DNA of 64,000 bases, taken from positions 86,552,001 through 86,616,000 of the forward strand of contig JAGIQG010000008.1 of NCBI GenBank assembly GCA_024679065.1. Direction: 5' to 3'. Position numbers and translations under genes: made by a program. The notes beneath the pieces were generated by a model. It worked only from the letters and a program-made list of their open reading frames with translations. It did not search any database and was not told the origin of the DNA. The DNA is from Sphyrna mokarran. Taxonomy: Eukaryota. Below, in pieces: positions 13,722-25,975 of this stretch (position 1 is its first letter; each line of letters opens with the position of its first letter).

Positions 13722-13830
13722 ATGTGAAGATGCCGCTGTTGGACTGGGGTGACACAGTAAGAAGTCTTACAACACCAGGTTAAAGTCCAACAGGTTTATT
13801 TGGTATCATGAGCTTTCAAGCATGTCAGTG
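13722..13830 (-). mobile_element. Penelope-like pLTR fragment (decayed hammerhead end)
   Basis: gatgccgctgttggactgggg...cagtaagaagtcttacaacaccaggttaaagtccaacaggtttatttggt; same family as 14299, 25500 and 50277. Confidence 0.65.
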
Positions 13831-14298
13831 GAAGATTGAACACTCATACAAAGCGTTCCTCTGTCCGGTGTAAAAATGGCAATCAGTGAGTGGGTCATTG
13901 GTCTGAGATGCCATGTACTTAATGCGCTGCTGCAATTGATGTTTCATGTAGCCACTGTTTCCATGATAGCGGATATCAACATAAATGCCTGAAAGATGTG
14001 GCAATCATGTTTGGGATGGACTCCCCCGATCTATCTCCAAGGCTTCAAGAAATGCTGACAAAACCCACTGCTGCAACATAATTTCCCTCCTGATGGATAT
14101 CTTTGATGCTTAGCATTTGTGTCCAGATGAACAGTGCTTGGAGTGTACTGCATCATCCAATGAGCATTCTTCAACACTATCCTCCTTAGCAACACCTGCT
14201 GCTACTCAAATCTGATGTGCACCTTGCCATGTAATAACGTAGAATGCTTACCCTCCTCTTGGTCTTCTCAGTCTGATCACTCTGCAGCCTCTCTATTA

Positions 14299-14518
14299 CA
14301 GTAAGAAGTCTCACAATACCAGGTTAAAGTCCAACAAGTTCATTTGGTAATAAAAGCTACTAGCTTTCAGGGCACTGTTCCTTCATCGGGTAAGTGAAGG
14401 AGCAGCACTGTGAAAGCTAGTGGTATTTGCTACCAAATAAACCTGTTTGACTTTAACCTGGAGTTGTGAGACTTCTTACTGTGTTTACCTAGTCCAATGC
14501 TGGCATCTCCACATCATG
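14299..14518. mobile_element. Inverted (palindromic) Penelope-like pLTR insertion with 12-bp TSD
   Basis: Arms 14298-14385 and 14395-14482 are reverse complements; TSD gcctctctatta (14287-14298) / gcttctctatta (14519-14530). Confidence 0.75.
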
Positions 14519-17500
14519 GCTTCTCTATTATCCATGAATGAATTGTGGGATATCAACCACATGCATTAGTGTTGACGTTGAGAAAGGGTATAAATTCAGC
14601 AAAGTGCAGATCACAATAGCTCCATTATAGGGGACATGAATTCAACATGACTTATGGTTAAGGACCAAGTAAGTGGCAATGTTTATTCAAATGCTGTCAC
14701 CATGCCTCTGAGCCACTTCTATCTCTCCATTGCTATTGCTCAGTATTTGTGCCACCCTGACAATCTCCATTGTTGTTAGGGTGACAGTGGGTGTCAGTCC
14801 ATTCCAATTCCTGTTTTCTTTGGAGTTTTGGGTTATCTTCTTCTGTAATGAGAAAAGGCAGAGTTATGGGTGTGAAAAAGGGAATGAATGTTAAGGATAG
14901 ATTGAGAATATTTGTGGAAGCTAACCATAAGTCATGGATATAAGAGGGCAAGAGGATGAATGTGAGTGATGAGATCTGAGGTGGAGATTTGAGGAGGTAC
15001 CTGGGGAGAAAGGAATGTGTGTAATTGCAAGATTTTTTTGTCACAGCAGTGTTATGCAAGAGAATGCTAGGCAGCTAAGGGAGAGTGACGATTGCTACCT
15101 CAAGGTGGCATGACATTCACTATGTCAGGACTAATGAGATCATTTAAGCTTTTACTGCAAGGGATACAAGTTTCCAGGCACAACATTTTGGCTGCACACA
15201 ATGTCAGCAAATCCAGCCAGGTCTTCTTTATCAGATTGACTGGTCTTATCTCAGAATAAGGTCTTTCCTGGACCGTGATTCCACCATTATAATCAGAGAC
15301 AAGTTTGGAAGCCAGCTTTCTTATATCTGGCTCCCATGGTCCCAGATGTGTTGTTGCCATTGTGACCCCTACTAAGATCTCTTTAAATAGAAATCCTTCA
15401 ATGACAGATCCAACTTGTAATCCACCCTGATTGTTTGAGGAATCTGTACGTGTGATGATAATGCCATGGTCCAGTTAAATAGACCTGACAAAGGCCACTG
15501 GGGATCTTCCCAGGTTTCTGGCCCACTGATGGTCCAGCCACTTACGTGTGGACAAATTGAGACGATGCCAACGAGGAAATGTGTGCAAAAGTAGGGTAAC
15601 AGAGAACAGGTGACCAAAACCTTATTTGGTAAGTTGGAGGCAGCCATTTTCAGTTTAAAAAAATAACAAAGAAGCCAAACAATCGAAAGTTTGAATCTAC
15701 CACTCCACTGAATGGCTTGTCTGAGTAATTCTCACAATTTGGTAGTGGATTATACAATTATTCCATAGTTTTCTATGTATTTAGACCAGTTGCAGGGACA
15801 TTTTTGTTGGAATGTTCGCATTCATATTATCACGACAAGTTGCCTTGAGAAAGACATCTGCACACCATCTTTTGGGTGAACTATAAGCTTCAATAAAGGG
15901 TATTATAATTGCCTTTTAGAGGATTTATTCTGTTTTTGTCATTGACGGAAAGTCTCTGTTACAGTGATGGCAGAGCACAGTACAATTGATTATAATACTC
16001 TGGGTTAGGAAGTGGAAAGGTTTCTACTCTTGATCAATATCCAAAGATTCCCATCAAAAATCAAATACCTATATTCATCACATCAGGCTCATGCTTTTGC
16101 TGACTGTCAAAGATCACTCAAGAATAATGTAAGGTACCCTTCGGCAGGCAGAGCCAGACAGGCTGTGGTCTTCCTTATTTTTGTTAACTGCAAAAAAAAA
16201 AGTCCTTCTTGTGACTACCTCCTCTCGATCTCCTCAGCATGATCCCACAAGGATGAGATACAGACAAATGACTAGACTGTGGAACTGTAGTACACTAAGT
16301 AATCAGTAATGAAGGACAGGGAATTCTATGTCAAATATTGCACTGACAGAGAGACGGCGGTGGGGGTGGTAGTGGTGACAAGATGGACTCAACTTAGAGA
16401 CAGTCTTTCAGTCTTCAGAATATGTCACATTATTATCAGCTTCTAATTTATTTTGATGGTAGGTGAACCATCTGGGAGAGATAGTGTTACGAGAATGGAA
16501 CCAGGCCTGTATAAAGTGTCAAAGCAATATATAGTGTATCAATTTGCATATTTAGTGAACAGTAATAGTAGCTATTATATTTATACATAATTAATTGCTT
16601 TGTGAATAGATACAATGCACAGATTGTTTTCAAGGAGTCTGCAGTCCTTGAAATAATATATTTTCCAAGCACTCGTGTTCACGTATGTGATGACACTCTC
16701 ACTAGACCTATGTCAAATAGCACAGTTGTCACTATATGCTGATAAGTTGAGGAGGTGTAAAGTGAAGCAAATTCCAGTGCACTCCATATGCCTCCCAAAG
16801 GACTGAGAGCTTACAGCACAGAATGATTCTATTCGAGAAGTCTCCATTCATAGAATTTATGTTAGAATGTGAAGGGTTAAACCATTATAAATAGCCTTTT
16901 TTAATTTGTGTAATTTTAAATTACGAAATCTTAAAGATCATGTTTTAAAAGTTGAAATGTAGTTCCATAAAAAATTGACTATTGTTTCAAATTAGTTTTC
17001 ACTAAAGCTAGTTAAAATAAATTGTTAAATTTCAGTTTCCCTCAAAGTAACATTTAATATAATTAACAGATTATTAATACAGTTGTACAATTTTATTGGA
17101 ATCTACAAATTTTGAGTTTATGAATATGTATACGGTTACAAAATGTTACACAATAGCTGTACCACTGCTTGCGTTGTGCAGAAGAAAGGTTGAGGTCATT
17201 CACTGAGGCCTGGCAACATGCCAGCAGGGACGAGGCAAGGCTATGTTTAAGCAGTAGAGAAGCTGCTTGAAGGGCGATGAAATATTTGTGTGGATTGTGG
17301 TCACCATGGGAGTAACAGATGTTGATCTCTGTGTCTGATTTTAGTCAGTGAGGATACTTTACTGTGAAACATGACTAATAATAGTCCCAAAATTGGAGGT
17401 TTTCATTTATGGTAAAGTCATTGTTGGCTGTTTATCATGCAATAGAGGACATTGGGTTTAAAGCTATCTCTTGGTTTCACACCATAATTGACTTTACATT

Positions 17501-18884
17501 GTTTTTATTTCGATAAATATCACTTGGTAGATGTTGCCATTTATTTTTATTCTGAGGTGATATAGGAAACATTCATATAAACACAAGTTTCTGGCACAAG
17601 CTGAACAACATCATTGCAAATAAGGATCTCAGGGTCTGACCTGGAAGAATCCATTCAGACTAATCAGGATGCTAACCAGGTTTCCCAAAGCATCTTGTGC
17701 CTAGGAGTTTAACTGGTTCCAATGGTAAAATAATATCCTGGACCTGGAGTAACAAAAAAGTGTGAACAGAAAGAGCCAGGAAGGCTAATTTAGGTAAGCT
17801 ATTAAAAAAAAACTCTTCTTGTAGCTACCTCCACAATTCCTTTAAAGTTTGTGAGTTATCCTGCTGAAGACATGGAATAACACATCTAGGAGGAGAATTT
17901 GCAGTTCAAACCTCTACTCAATTGATGACTAATATTGAATTGGGGTCCTAGTAACACTTGCACTTGGAGGGCGACTAACATGTGTTTCAACTAGAACATG
18001 AACACTCCAAGGATACTGTGTATTCTTATCAGAAGTGTTTTTTTTTCAAGTTAGGGTACAGTTACAATAAATAGACTGAATCTCTTAGAAAATAAACTTG
18101 TGACTCAGTTCTCCACCAAAAGCAGATTAATGGAATCTAAATGGTATTGATTTTAATGAAGCTAAGATGCTTTTGATTTTGGAAACAGGAGATTTTATTA
18201 ACTGTAAAGTAGTAATTTAGAGACAGTAAATGATTCATTATTTTCTTGTGTGGAGTTATTTAGAATAACATTTATTGCATTATATTAGTGTCATTTATTC
18301 ACTTGCGCATCTAATATTCAGTAAAGTCATGTATCAATTAAAGCTTTAAGCAAGGTCTGAAATGATGCTGCCCCACTTCTCAAAGGTATCAGAAAAACCC
18401 TCTGGATGCACGAGAAATTTCCATTATTTAAAAATTAAGATTTTTATTGACTATTCTGGGTGCTTTATCAAACGCCTATTTAAATGCCAGGCCCATTGAA
18501 GATACTGTCAAGATTGAAGGGTGATAAACCTTAATTGTGAGTGTAATACATGAAATATGAGAGTAGATTTTGACTTCTGAGCAACCAGCCAATGAAAAGT
18601 GCTTCTCACCAATCAAGTGATCAGAATCATTTTGAGGCTCAGGCCTCATTTAAGTGAGCAAGTTTGCCACCCCCCCAAAATGGAGGTCACACCCTTGCTC
18701 ACCTGATTCAGGGTGCCAACCTGAACAAGGGGACAGAGCTACAGTTACTGTGTCAGGGCAGTGGTGTCAGTGGTGGCCCCTCTGGGGAGCCCCATTGGGA
18801 TGACTTGATTAATATTTCCAAGATCTCAAGGACAAAATATTGTACAAGTAGAAATAAACAACAGGCTTCTCAAACAGATGCAAA

Positions 18885-19110
18885 CAGCCTAAAACATTAG
18901 AGCAAGACTTTCCAGGAGTCAAGCTAATAAATAATTGTACTAGCGAAAGGTAATAGAAGTTTGGAATTCTCTTCCACAAATGGCTTTTGATGCTGGATCC
19001 ATCATTAAATTAAAAACTGAGATTGGTAGAGTTTTGTTAACCAAAGGACTTCAGCAATGTAAGTTCTCATTGAATGGTTCAGAAGGTTAAAGGGGCTAAA
19101 TGGCCTAATT
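18885..19110 (+). mobile_element. Old CR1 3' end abutting a USH1C splice acceptor
   Basis: aggtaatagaagtttggaattctcttccaca...tgagattggtagagttttgttaaccaaagg...ctcattgaatgg...aggggctaaatggccta; comparable to the CR1 end at 39.5-39.77 kb. Confidence 0.75.
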
Positions 19111-19123
19111 GTTTCTTCTTTAG

Positions 19124-19233
19124 GTGGAATTGTGAAAGGAGACCAAATAATGGCTGTCAACGGAAAGATTCTCACTGATGCCACCCTGCATGAAGCCCAA
19201 ACAACAATGGCAAAGGCTTGGAATAGTGGTGGT
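19124..19233 (+). CDS. USH1C: USH1C coding exon (110 nt, phase 1/0), PDZ3, (G)[36 protein letters not shown]
   Basis: ttctttag| acceptor, |gtaagt donor; phase fits previous exon; matches harmonin [36 protein letters not shown]. Confidence 0.97.
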
Positions 19234-20071
19234 GTAAGTATTTGTATCCTTCATATTGTGTAATTTAGTGCGTGACCAAAAAGCTACCTGTAACATTTTT
19301 AACAAAAGAGCAAATTGGATCTCATTCAATTGCCTAGAGACACAAAATTCATTGTTTTCATCCTCCCTGCCCCCACCCCCACTCACTCTGCCATCCGAAA
19401 CCTCTAATTACTCACGTCGTGGATGGGTACAGTTAATTTTCAGTAATGACACTCAGGTCTACTTGACCACCACATCTTTCAATACCTCAGCTGCCTATGC
19501 TGTGATACTGCTTCTCTAATATTCGGTTATGGCTGAGCTGCAGCTCACCATTATCATTGTATTAGCTGCCTGCGACCAGCTCTATATTCAAGCATTGATT
19601 CAAATCTCTTTTGTAGCCACTGTTCCTGGCTAAACCGGACTGTTTGCAATTTCAACATCCTAGTTAATGTAATGATGAACTTCTAAACCAATATTTTTCT
19701 CATTCACAAACACGACCTACTTCTGCTTCCAAAATTCCGCTACTCATATCCTTAACCGACATTTTCCTGTTCACCTGTCACTTGAATTGACTTATATTCC
19801 ACAGGATCCTTTAACCAAACTTTTTGTCGCCTATACTCAATAATGATCTTTCAATTAAAGAGATAAACCTGTTCATACTGGTCGCTTGTAGAGATCTCTG
19901 TGATGTGTCAGATTCCCAATGACCACATTGCCAGTCAAAAGCCCATGAGAGGTTTTGGGCAGCAGTATGTGTAAAAAATGGTGAGTGCCATTTATTCACC
20001 ACTGACCACAAAATATGGATCAATGCATTGTTTGCAGGACTATGGCAGTGGTTAGTAGTTCTTACCATAAC

Positions 20072-20147
20072 AAGTAGATATAGTTATCTATATCTACTTA
20101 TAGATAAGATAAGTAGATCTTATCTTATCTACTTAAGTAGATATAGT
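20072..20147. repeat. Cluster of overlapping short palindromes and direct repeats
   Basis: 12-bp stem 20072-20083/20088-20099; 13-bp stem 20101-20113/20119-20131; 18-bp palindrome 20126-20143; direct repeat aagtagatatagt at 20072 and 20135. Confidence 0.9.
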
Positions 20148-20530
20148 GTGCGAACTTTTACCAAAAAATGACGAAGTGTCAGGGTCTGAGTGAAAATTGG
20201 GGTATTGGCTGATTTTCCCTCCAGATCTTCTGATACTTTGTCACAAAACTAAGAGGTGGGTACATTTCACAATGTCATGTTGAGCAGTGGGGCTTTAACA
20301 TGCCGGTAGAGTCTGGCTATACTGAGTCCCTTTTAAAAGAGCGTTCTGATTAGAGGAGGAAATAACTTCCCTGCTATCAAAGCAAGCACATCACTCCCCC
20401 ACTGCCTCTGCTACCATCCCCCCTTCCTCCTGAACATCATCAGCATCAGGCTCATTCCCCCTGAACATTAATGGGATTAGAGCCCTTCCACCTTTCTAAA
20501 TTGGCCTCTCCTTTGCCATCCTTTACCACT

Positions 20531-20857
20531 AGGCAATGGCACAATAGTATTATTGCTAGACAATTAATTGAGAAACTCAGCTAATGTTCTGGGGACTGGG
20601 TTCAAATCCTGCCATGGCAGGTGGTAGAATTTAAATTCAATAAAAAAAATCTGGTATTAAAAATTTACTGATGACCATGATCATTGATTGTTAGAAAAAC
20701 CTATCTGCTCCTTTAGGCCACCTGGTGTGGTCTACATGTGATTCCAGAGTCACAGCAATGTGGTTGACTCTCAACTGCCTTCAGGCAATTAGGGATGGAT
20801 AATAAATGCCGGCCAGCTACCAATATCCAAGTTCCACGAATGCATTTAAAAAAAAAT
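20531..20857 (+). mobile_element. tRNA-derived SINE (second family) with LINE-shared tail
   Basis: Head tggcacaatagtattattgctagac...gggttcaaatcc; tail agggatggataataaatgccggccagc...aaaaaaa, also seen at the 3' ends of the LINEs at 47.3 and 58.1 kb. Confidence 0.8.
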
Positions 20858-21699
20858 CTGTACTTTCTGCACCATTCAGGTCACTTTCTTCTTTCATTGT
20901 TCCCACCTCATTTATCCTGTCCTTCCACCTCCCTCCACCCCATACCTAACATCATGGCTCATCTGCAGTCTGTATATTTTCACCTTTGAGTGAATCTCAC
21001 ACATATTCCTGCATTGACAGACTGAATATCCATCCTTTGTTTTCATAAAAGCTTAATAGTGTTTACAGAAAGATGAGGGGGAACATGAAATGAGTTGGTT
21101 ATACCTACAATTGTGTTTGTCGACATTGTTGATAGAGAAATATACTGGTCTGAGGGCTTTTTTTGTTATATTTTCCCTGTGACTGCAAAAACAAAATTGA
21201 TTTCGGTATTGCTTTATTTGTATATTAAGTGAAACAGTGTGGTTGAAAAAAAAGGTCACAGATGGTGATAGAATAAAAACTGTTTCTCTGACTAATGCGT
21301 TTATTGAATCTCTGTTTTCAAAATCTCCAGGTAACTGATTACTTAAATTTCCAGGTGATAAGGTGTATATAATGGCATCATCAAGAGAACAAAATCACCT
21401 GTATTTAAATAGTACTTTCAGCATTGGAAGACTCATATACAGTAAATATTTTTTAAAATGCATGCTCAAGCTAAAGGAAATAATAGGAAGGATGACTGAA
21501 TGTTTGACCAAAGAAGTGACTTTAAAGTAAACCAAGCAGAAGAGAAAATGAAACAGCTAATCTCGGTTCACACGTGTAGTGAAGGTTTGCCAAATGTATC
21601 ATCCCCATCTCCTGCTGTTCCTCATTATCCTTCTCCCATCTCCCTCCCCTCACAAGATGATCTCCAGATACTGGGATCAATGACTTCAATTTCACAGTG

Positions 21700-22400
21700 C
21701 TAGTGTTGTGACGGTCACAGCAGATCACCACTGTAGAGCACTTGGAGACTCTCTCCATTGTTCATAGGAGAGCCATCTTTAGTGATCAGTACAGTGGAAA
21801 CATTGCTTTAGTACACAGATGACCTGTTCCACAATATTCCTGTACTAACATGGCTTCTGTTATATGCTCAATGACCTCACAAGATCAGATGGCTAAAGAA
21901 GGGGTCATCAGCCAGGTGTGGAGGTGTACCTTTTCTCTCTGAGCAGCCACCTCTGGTTTCACTTGTCAGCCTGCACATAGTTGGAATGGTAGACTGTCTC
22001 AAACAGCATGTTTCATTAATATTGTGCCCTCTGTATGGGTCATATACCAACTGCTCATTGAGAGAGTGGTTGGTCTTTGGTTCCTCTACCACTCCTCGTG
22101 GAAATAAGGACTGCAAATCCAGGTGCATGCAAACAATGGCATCCTGCATAATCATGAACTCCACTATATGGCAAAGCCACATACCACCTTACCCTGCTTT
22201 TTACTATTTAGAAACTCCATGATAGAATCACCTCTCCTTGCAAATGCAATCTCTGTCATTCCTCGTACGTAGTAATGGATGACACATAGGAGATCATATC
22301 CATCACCTGAACTCCATGAGAATGTTCCCCTCATCCAGAGAAGTTTAAGTAATTGTGACTTTCATCTGTTAGTTTGAAGGTCCATATTTTGCTTAAGGAG
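21700..22400 (-). mobile_element. Fossil PIF/Harbinger (HARBI1-like) DDE transposase
   Basis: Minus-strand frames give MQDAIVCMHL (cf. VQGAIDCTH), NHSLNEQLVYD (cf. FHSLNVQLVCD), YNRSH...VEQVICVLKQCF (cf. IEQTIGVLKQRF) and ERVSKCSTVVICC; many disruptions. Confidence 0.75.
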
Positions 22401-22889
22401 ATTTCATGACTCCGTTGAATCTGATTCACCATAGATATTGTCCAGGCTGAGGACGAAGGCTGCCCTAATGACAGATAGTGGGTAGTGTATTCTGTATAGA
22501 GCAATTCTCACCTCCTTCTTTGCACAGCTTCCTCTTTCTGGAACATCTTCTCCAGTTTTCAATTGTGTTGCAGATTCAGGTGCTGCAACTATAGCCCCTC
22601 TGTCTCGTATGGATCAAATTATCTATCCTCCTTAAATGGATGTACAACTCACAAAGAGACCTGCAAAAACAAGCTACAGCATGTTCATAAACATTTTTGA
22701 AGCAAAATTAATTCAAAAGCACCTCAAATGCAAGAAGATTGGCAGAGCCTTTAAGTAACACTAGTTGGGAAGAAGAGAACGCATATGCAACTGACTAGAA
22801 TAGGATTCTCTGTAGTCCATGCTGGAAATGGCAGACTGTGTGCCCCATACTGTTATGTCTCTTGGAGCTTTCATTGCACTAACCTAAAG

Positions 22890-23180
22890 TTAATTTATTA
22901 GTCACAAGTTGGTTGATATTAACACTGCAATGACATTTCTGTGAAAATCCCTAGTCACCATACTCCGGTGCCACTTCAGGTACGCTAAGGGAGAATTTAG
23001 CATGGCCAATCCACCTAACCAGAACATATTTTGGATTGTGAGAGAAAACTGGAACACCTGGAGAAAACTCATGCAGGCACGGGGAGAACGTGCAAACTCC
23101 ACATAGACATTGACCCAAGCCAGGAATTGAACCTCAGTCCCTGGCACTGTGAGGCGGCAGTACTAATCACTGTGCCGTCC
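22890..23180 (-). mobile_element. V-SINE-type SINE with alternative tail (...ttgtgactaataaa)
   Basis: Reverse complement of tRNA-like head (gaggcggcagtactaatcactgtgccg) and V-domain; tail tttattagtcacaag...ttaacactgcaatga. Confidence 0.85.
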
Positions 23181-23558
23181 CAACAGATTTTGAGGAGAAA
23201 ATTTCAGAGTGTGTAATTCCATGGCAACTGGAAGTATGATGGTCGATGATGGATTGAAGGGAGAAATACAAAAACAGGTTGGCAAGTAAAAAGTCTTGAA
23301 CGTTGGATGCAGAGAATCGTCGGTTACAGAAATGGGGAGGGTCAGGCCATGGAGGAATTTAAAAGAATAAGAATTTTAAATTTGAAACGCTAGGAGACGA
23401 AGAACAAATATAAACTGCTTTGTAACTTAAAATCATACTGTTACTCATGTATTTTTTTTTTGCTTAGAGTGTTTACTTAGATCAATTTTAGCATTTTATG
23501 ATTCAGACATCTACTAAATTTGAAATGGAAACTTACAACCCGCAGAGTGTACACATAC

Positions 23559-23602
23559 TCACCACCCAGTGGATTATTACTTCACCACCCAATGGATTAT
23601 TA
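23559..23602. repeat. Short tandem duplication (23-bp period, 2 copies)
   Basis: tcaccacccagtggattatta / tcaccacccaatggattatta. Confidence 0.85.
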
Positions 23603-23699
23603 TACCATAAAATTAACTATCTCATAAAGTTCCTTCTATTATTTCTGCAAAAATAATCATCAGCATGATTCATGGCTCAATATTTTTGATTCCCATTTC

Positions 23700-24831
23700 T
23701 GCTGGTGATTCATTACTTTTCTAAAGTTGGTGTTGCTCTCAAATCATCAACATTCTTTGATTTTCTGTAAAATCATTCTAAGTAAGAATGAAAAGATATA
23801 GGCACACCTACACAAGGTCAAAAGCAATTCCATACTATGTTCAAAGTACAAGTTAGTGGAAAAGTACACATTGGTTAAAATTTATTTAGTCCATCACCTT
23901 GTATTTATACATTAATATCTCCAATCCCATACAAGATGGATTTTAATATAAGCAAGAAAAAAACTGTGCTGGAATTACAGTTTACTGCTAAGGAATAAAA
24001 TTGGTGCGTCAGATCAGCTACCTGTTATCAAAACATCCCAATGATATTTCCATTGATTTCAAATTACAGATCAACCCCATTAAAATAAAATGGGACAGAA
24101 ATTTTGGATAACCATTTAAAGGTCCAGGGGCTTTTGGTCTTGGGGCATGTGCAGCTGGAAAATCCCACCCAAGTTTCCTGATGGCCAAGTATCTCAGTTA
24201 CAGTTAAAAATTAACCAAAAAAGGTACATTGACCAAATAGATCTTAGATTCAATTCTTGCTGTTCTGCTGGGTAAGTTGGTCAAAAAAATAGTATCCCTT
24301 AGTGTCCAAAGACTAGAGATAAGTAAAACAGATTGGAGTTCCTGCATCTAACTCTACTCAAATGATATCCATTAGAAAATGCATATATGTGAGAATCTGT
24401 TGAGAAGAGGATCAGATTAATCAATGATTCATCCCATAGTTAAGTAGATATGCAGGCATTCACTTCGATTCTTCTATGATAGTTAATCAAATATTCACAC
24501 CCAGCATAATGAGATGTTTCTATAACAGACAGTTGATCTGATGTACCAGTTTTATTTCTTGGCAGTAAGTTGAAATTCAAATGCAGTTTTTTTCTTGCTT
24601 TTATTAAAACCCATCTTGTATGGGGTTGGTGACATTAATATATAGGTACAAGGTAATAGAGTGTACTTTTTCACTAACTTATACTTTTGAACATAATATG
24701 GAATTGCTTTTGACTTTGTGCACATGTGCCTGTATCTTTTCATTTTTACTTAGAATGATTTTATAGGTACTCAAAGAATGTTGATGATTTGGGGGCAACA
24801 ACAACATTAGAAAAGTAATGAATCACCAGCA
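23700..24831. repeat. Long inverted repeat, arms 23700-24042 and 24509-24831, spacer ~465 bp
   Basis: Hand alignment: ~46 mismatches in ~320 aligned nt (~86%), one 1-nt indel and a 20-nt indel (23871-23890). Confidence 0.95.
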
Positions 24832-25499
24832 TATTTAGTTGGAGCAGGAATAGTGCCTTTGATCCATCACCATTCAATAAGATCATGGATGAACTTTTAT
24901 AATCATGCCACTTTCTTGTTCTATCACTATCCCTTGATTCCCTTAGTGCCCAAAGCATCAATTCTCAATAAGTGAGCATCCCCTGCCCTTTGGATAAGAG
25001 AATTCCATATGTTCAATCATCTGAACCATCTGACTGAATAAGTCTCTCCTTGCCTGAGACTAGTTCTAGAACTTCACTTGGAATTAAATTTCAAATACTG
25101 ATAAATAAGTGTTCTTAAAAATACACAATCAGTAAAATAATAACTTGCAATTATACAATGGTAAATGAACTTGGTAAAACAGCCTAAGGCACTTCACAAA
25201 AACATTAGGTAATTAGCCATAGTCCACAAATAACCAAGTGCATCTCTCTCTATCAGAAAAAGGCAATTGATTTTATACATGGCATGAGACATATTATTCT
25301 GTAATTCAGAATAAGGTATGGAAGCAGGTCTGTGCTGTCTGGAGAAAATACACAATTCTCTAACAATGCTCAGGATCCCCTTCACACACATTGTTAGCCA
25401 CTTTAACACATGAATAGCAGGTTAGATGTAAGGATTCGCATTCTAATCAGCAATCTCTGACTGTCTGTGCTGATGTGTGCTATTGCAGACCAGAACACT

Positions 25500-25600
25500 G
25501 CACTTGCCTGATGAAGACACAGGAGTGTTGAAAGCTCGCTTTTTTACTATCAAATAAATCGGTTGGATTAATAATTGGTGTTGCTAAATTCTTACTGATT
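25500..25600 (+). mobile_element. Penelope-like pLTR fragment carrying a hammerhead motif
   Basis: cctgatgaag...gaaagct...caaataaatcggttggattaataattggtgttgctaaattcttact, a diverged relative of the 14395-14482 arm. Confidence 0.6.
25505..25540 (+). ncRNA. Minimal type I hammerhead ribozyme-like motif
   Basis: CUGAUGA (25508-14), A, stem II GACAC/AGGA/GUGUU, GAAA (25530-33), palindromic AGCU stem III, NUH = CUC; stem I only 2 bp. Confidence 0.55.
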
Positions 25601-25975
25601 TACTGCAACCAGTAAAGGAATTGAACCCATGTCCTCTATGTCATTCTTCATCACTTTGTCGCCATTAGCCAACAATGAAACTGGATCCTGTCATCAATTG
25701 GCACTCCCATTCAGTTAAAGGAGTTGATAAGATTGCAGTCAAGGGTGTAGGAACCAGCTGATTTTTCCCTTTCTTGATTTACGAGATTTTGATTAATTTT
25801 TACACCCTTATCAGTGCTTGGTCAAGACCAATTAATTTAAGTTAGCTCAAGTCTCATTCTTCCTGGTCTTTAAATGTCTGTTTCTGTCCATTAGGGAGTC
25901 ATCATAAACCTATTTTCAATAGTAATGTAAATCATTTTTATTATCAATCATAAAGCTGTTGTATTTCTATTACAG

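Noticed and set aside
21700-22400. Domesticated HARBI1 gene
   Set aside because: Catalytic motifs are mutated and frames are broken; a transposon fossil
23700-24831. Selection for G-U-compatible mismatches in the inverted repeat
   Set aside because: Hand count of ~21 G-U versus ~14 A-C type transitions is too small a bias to support selection
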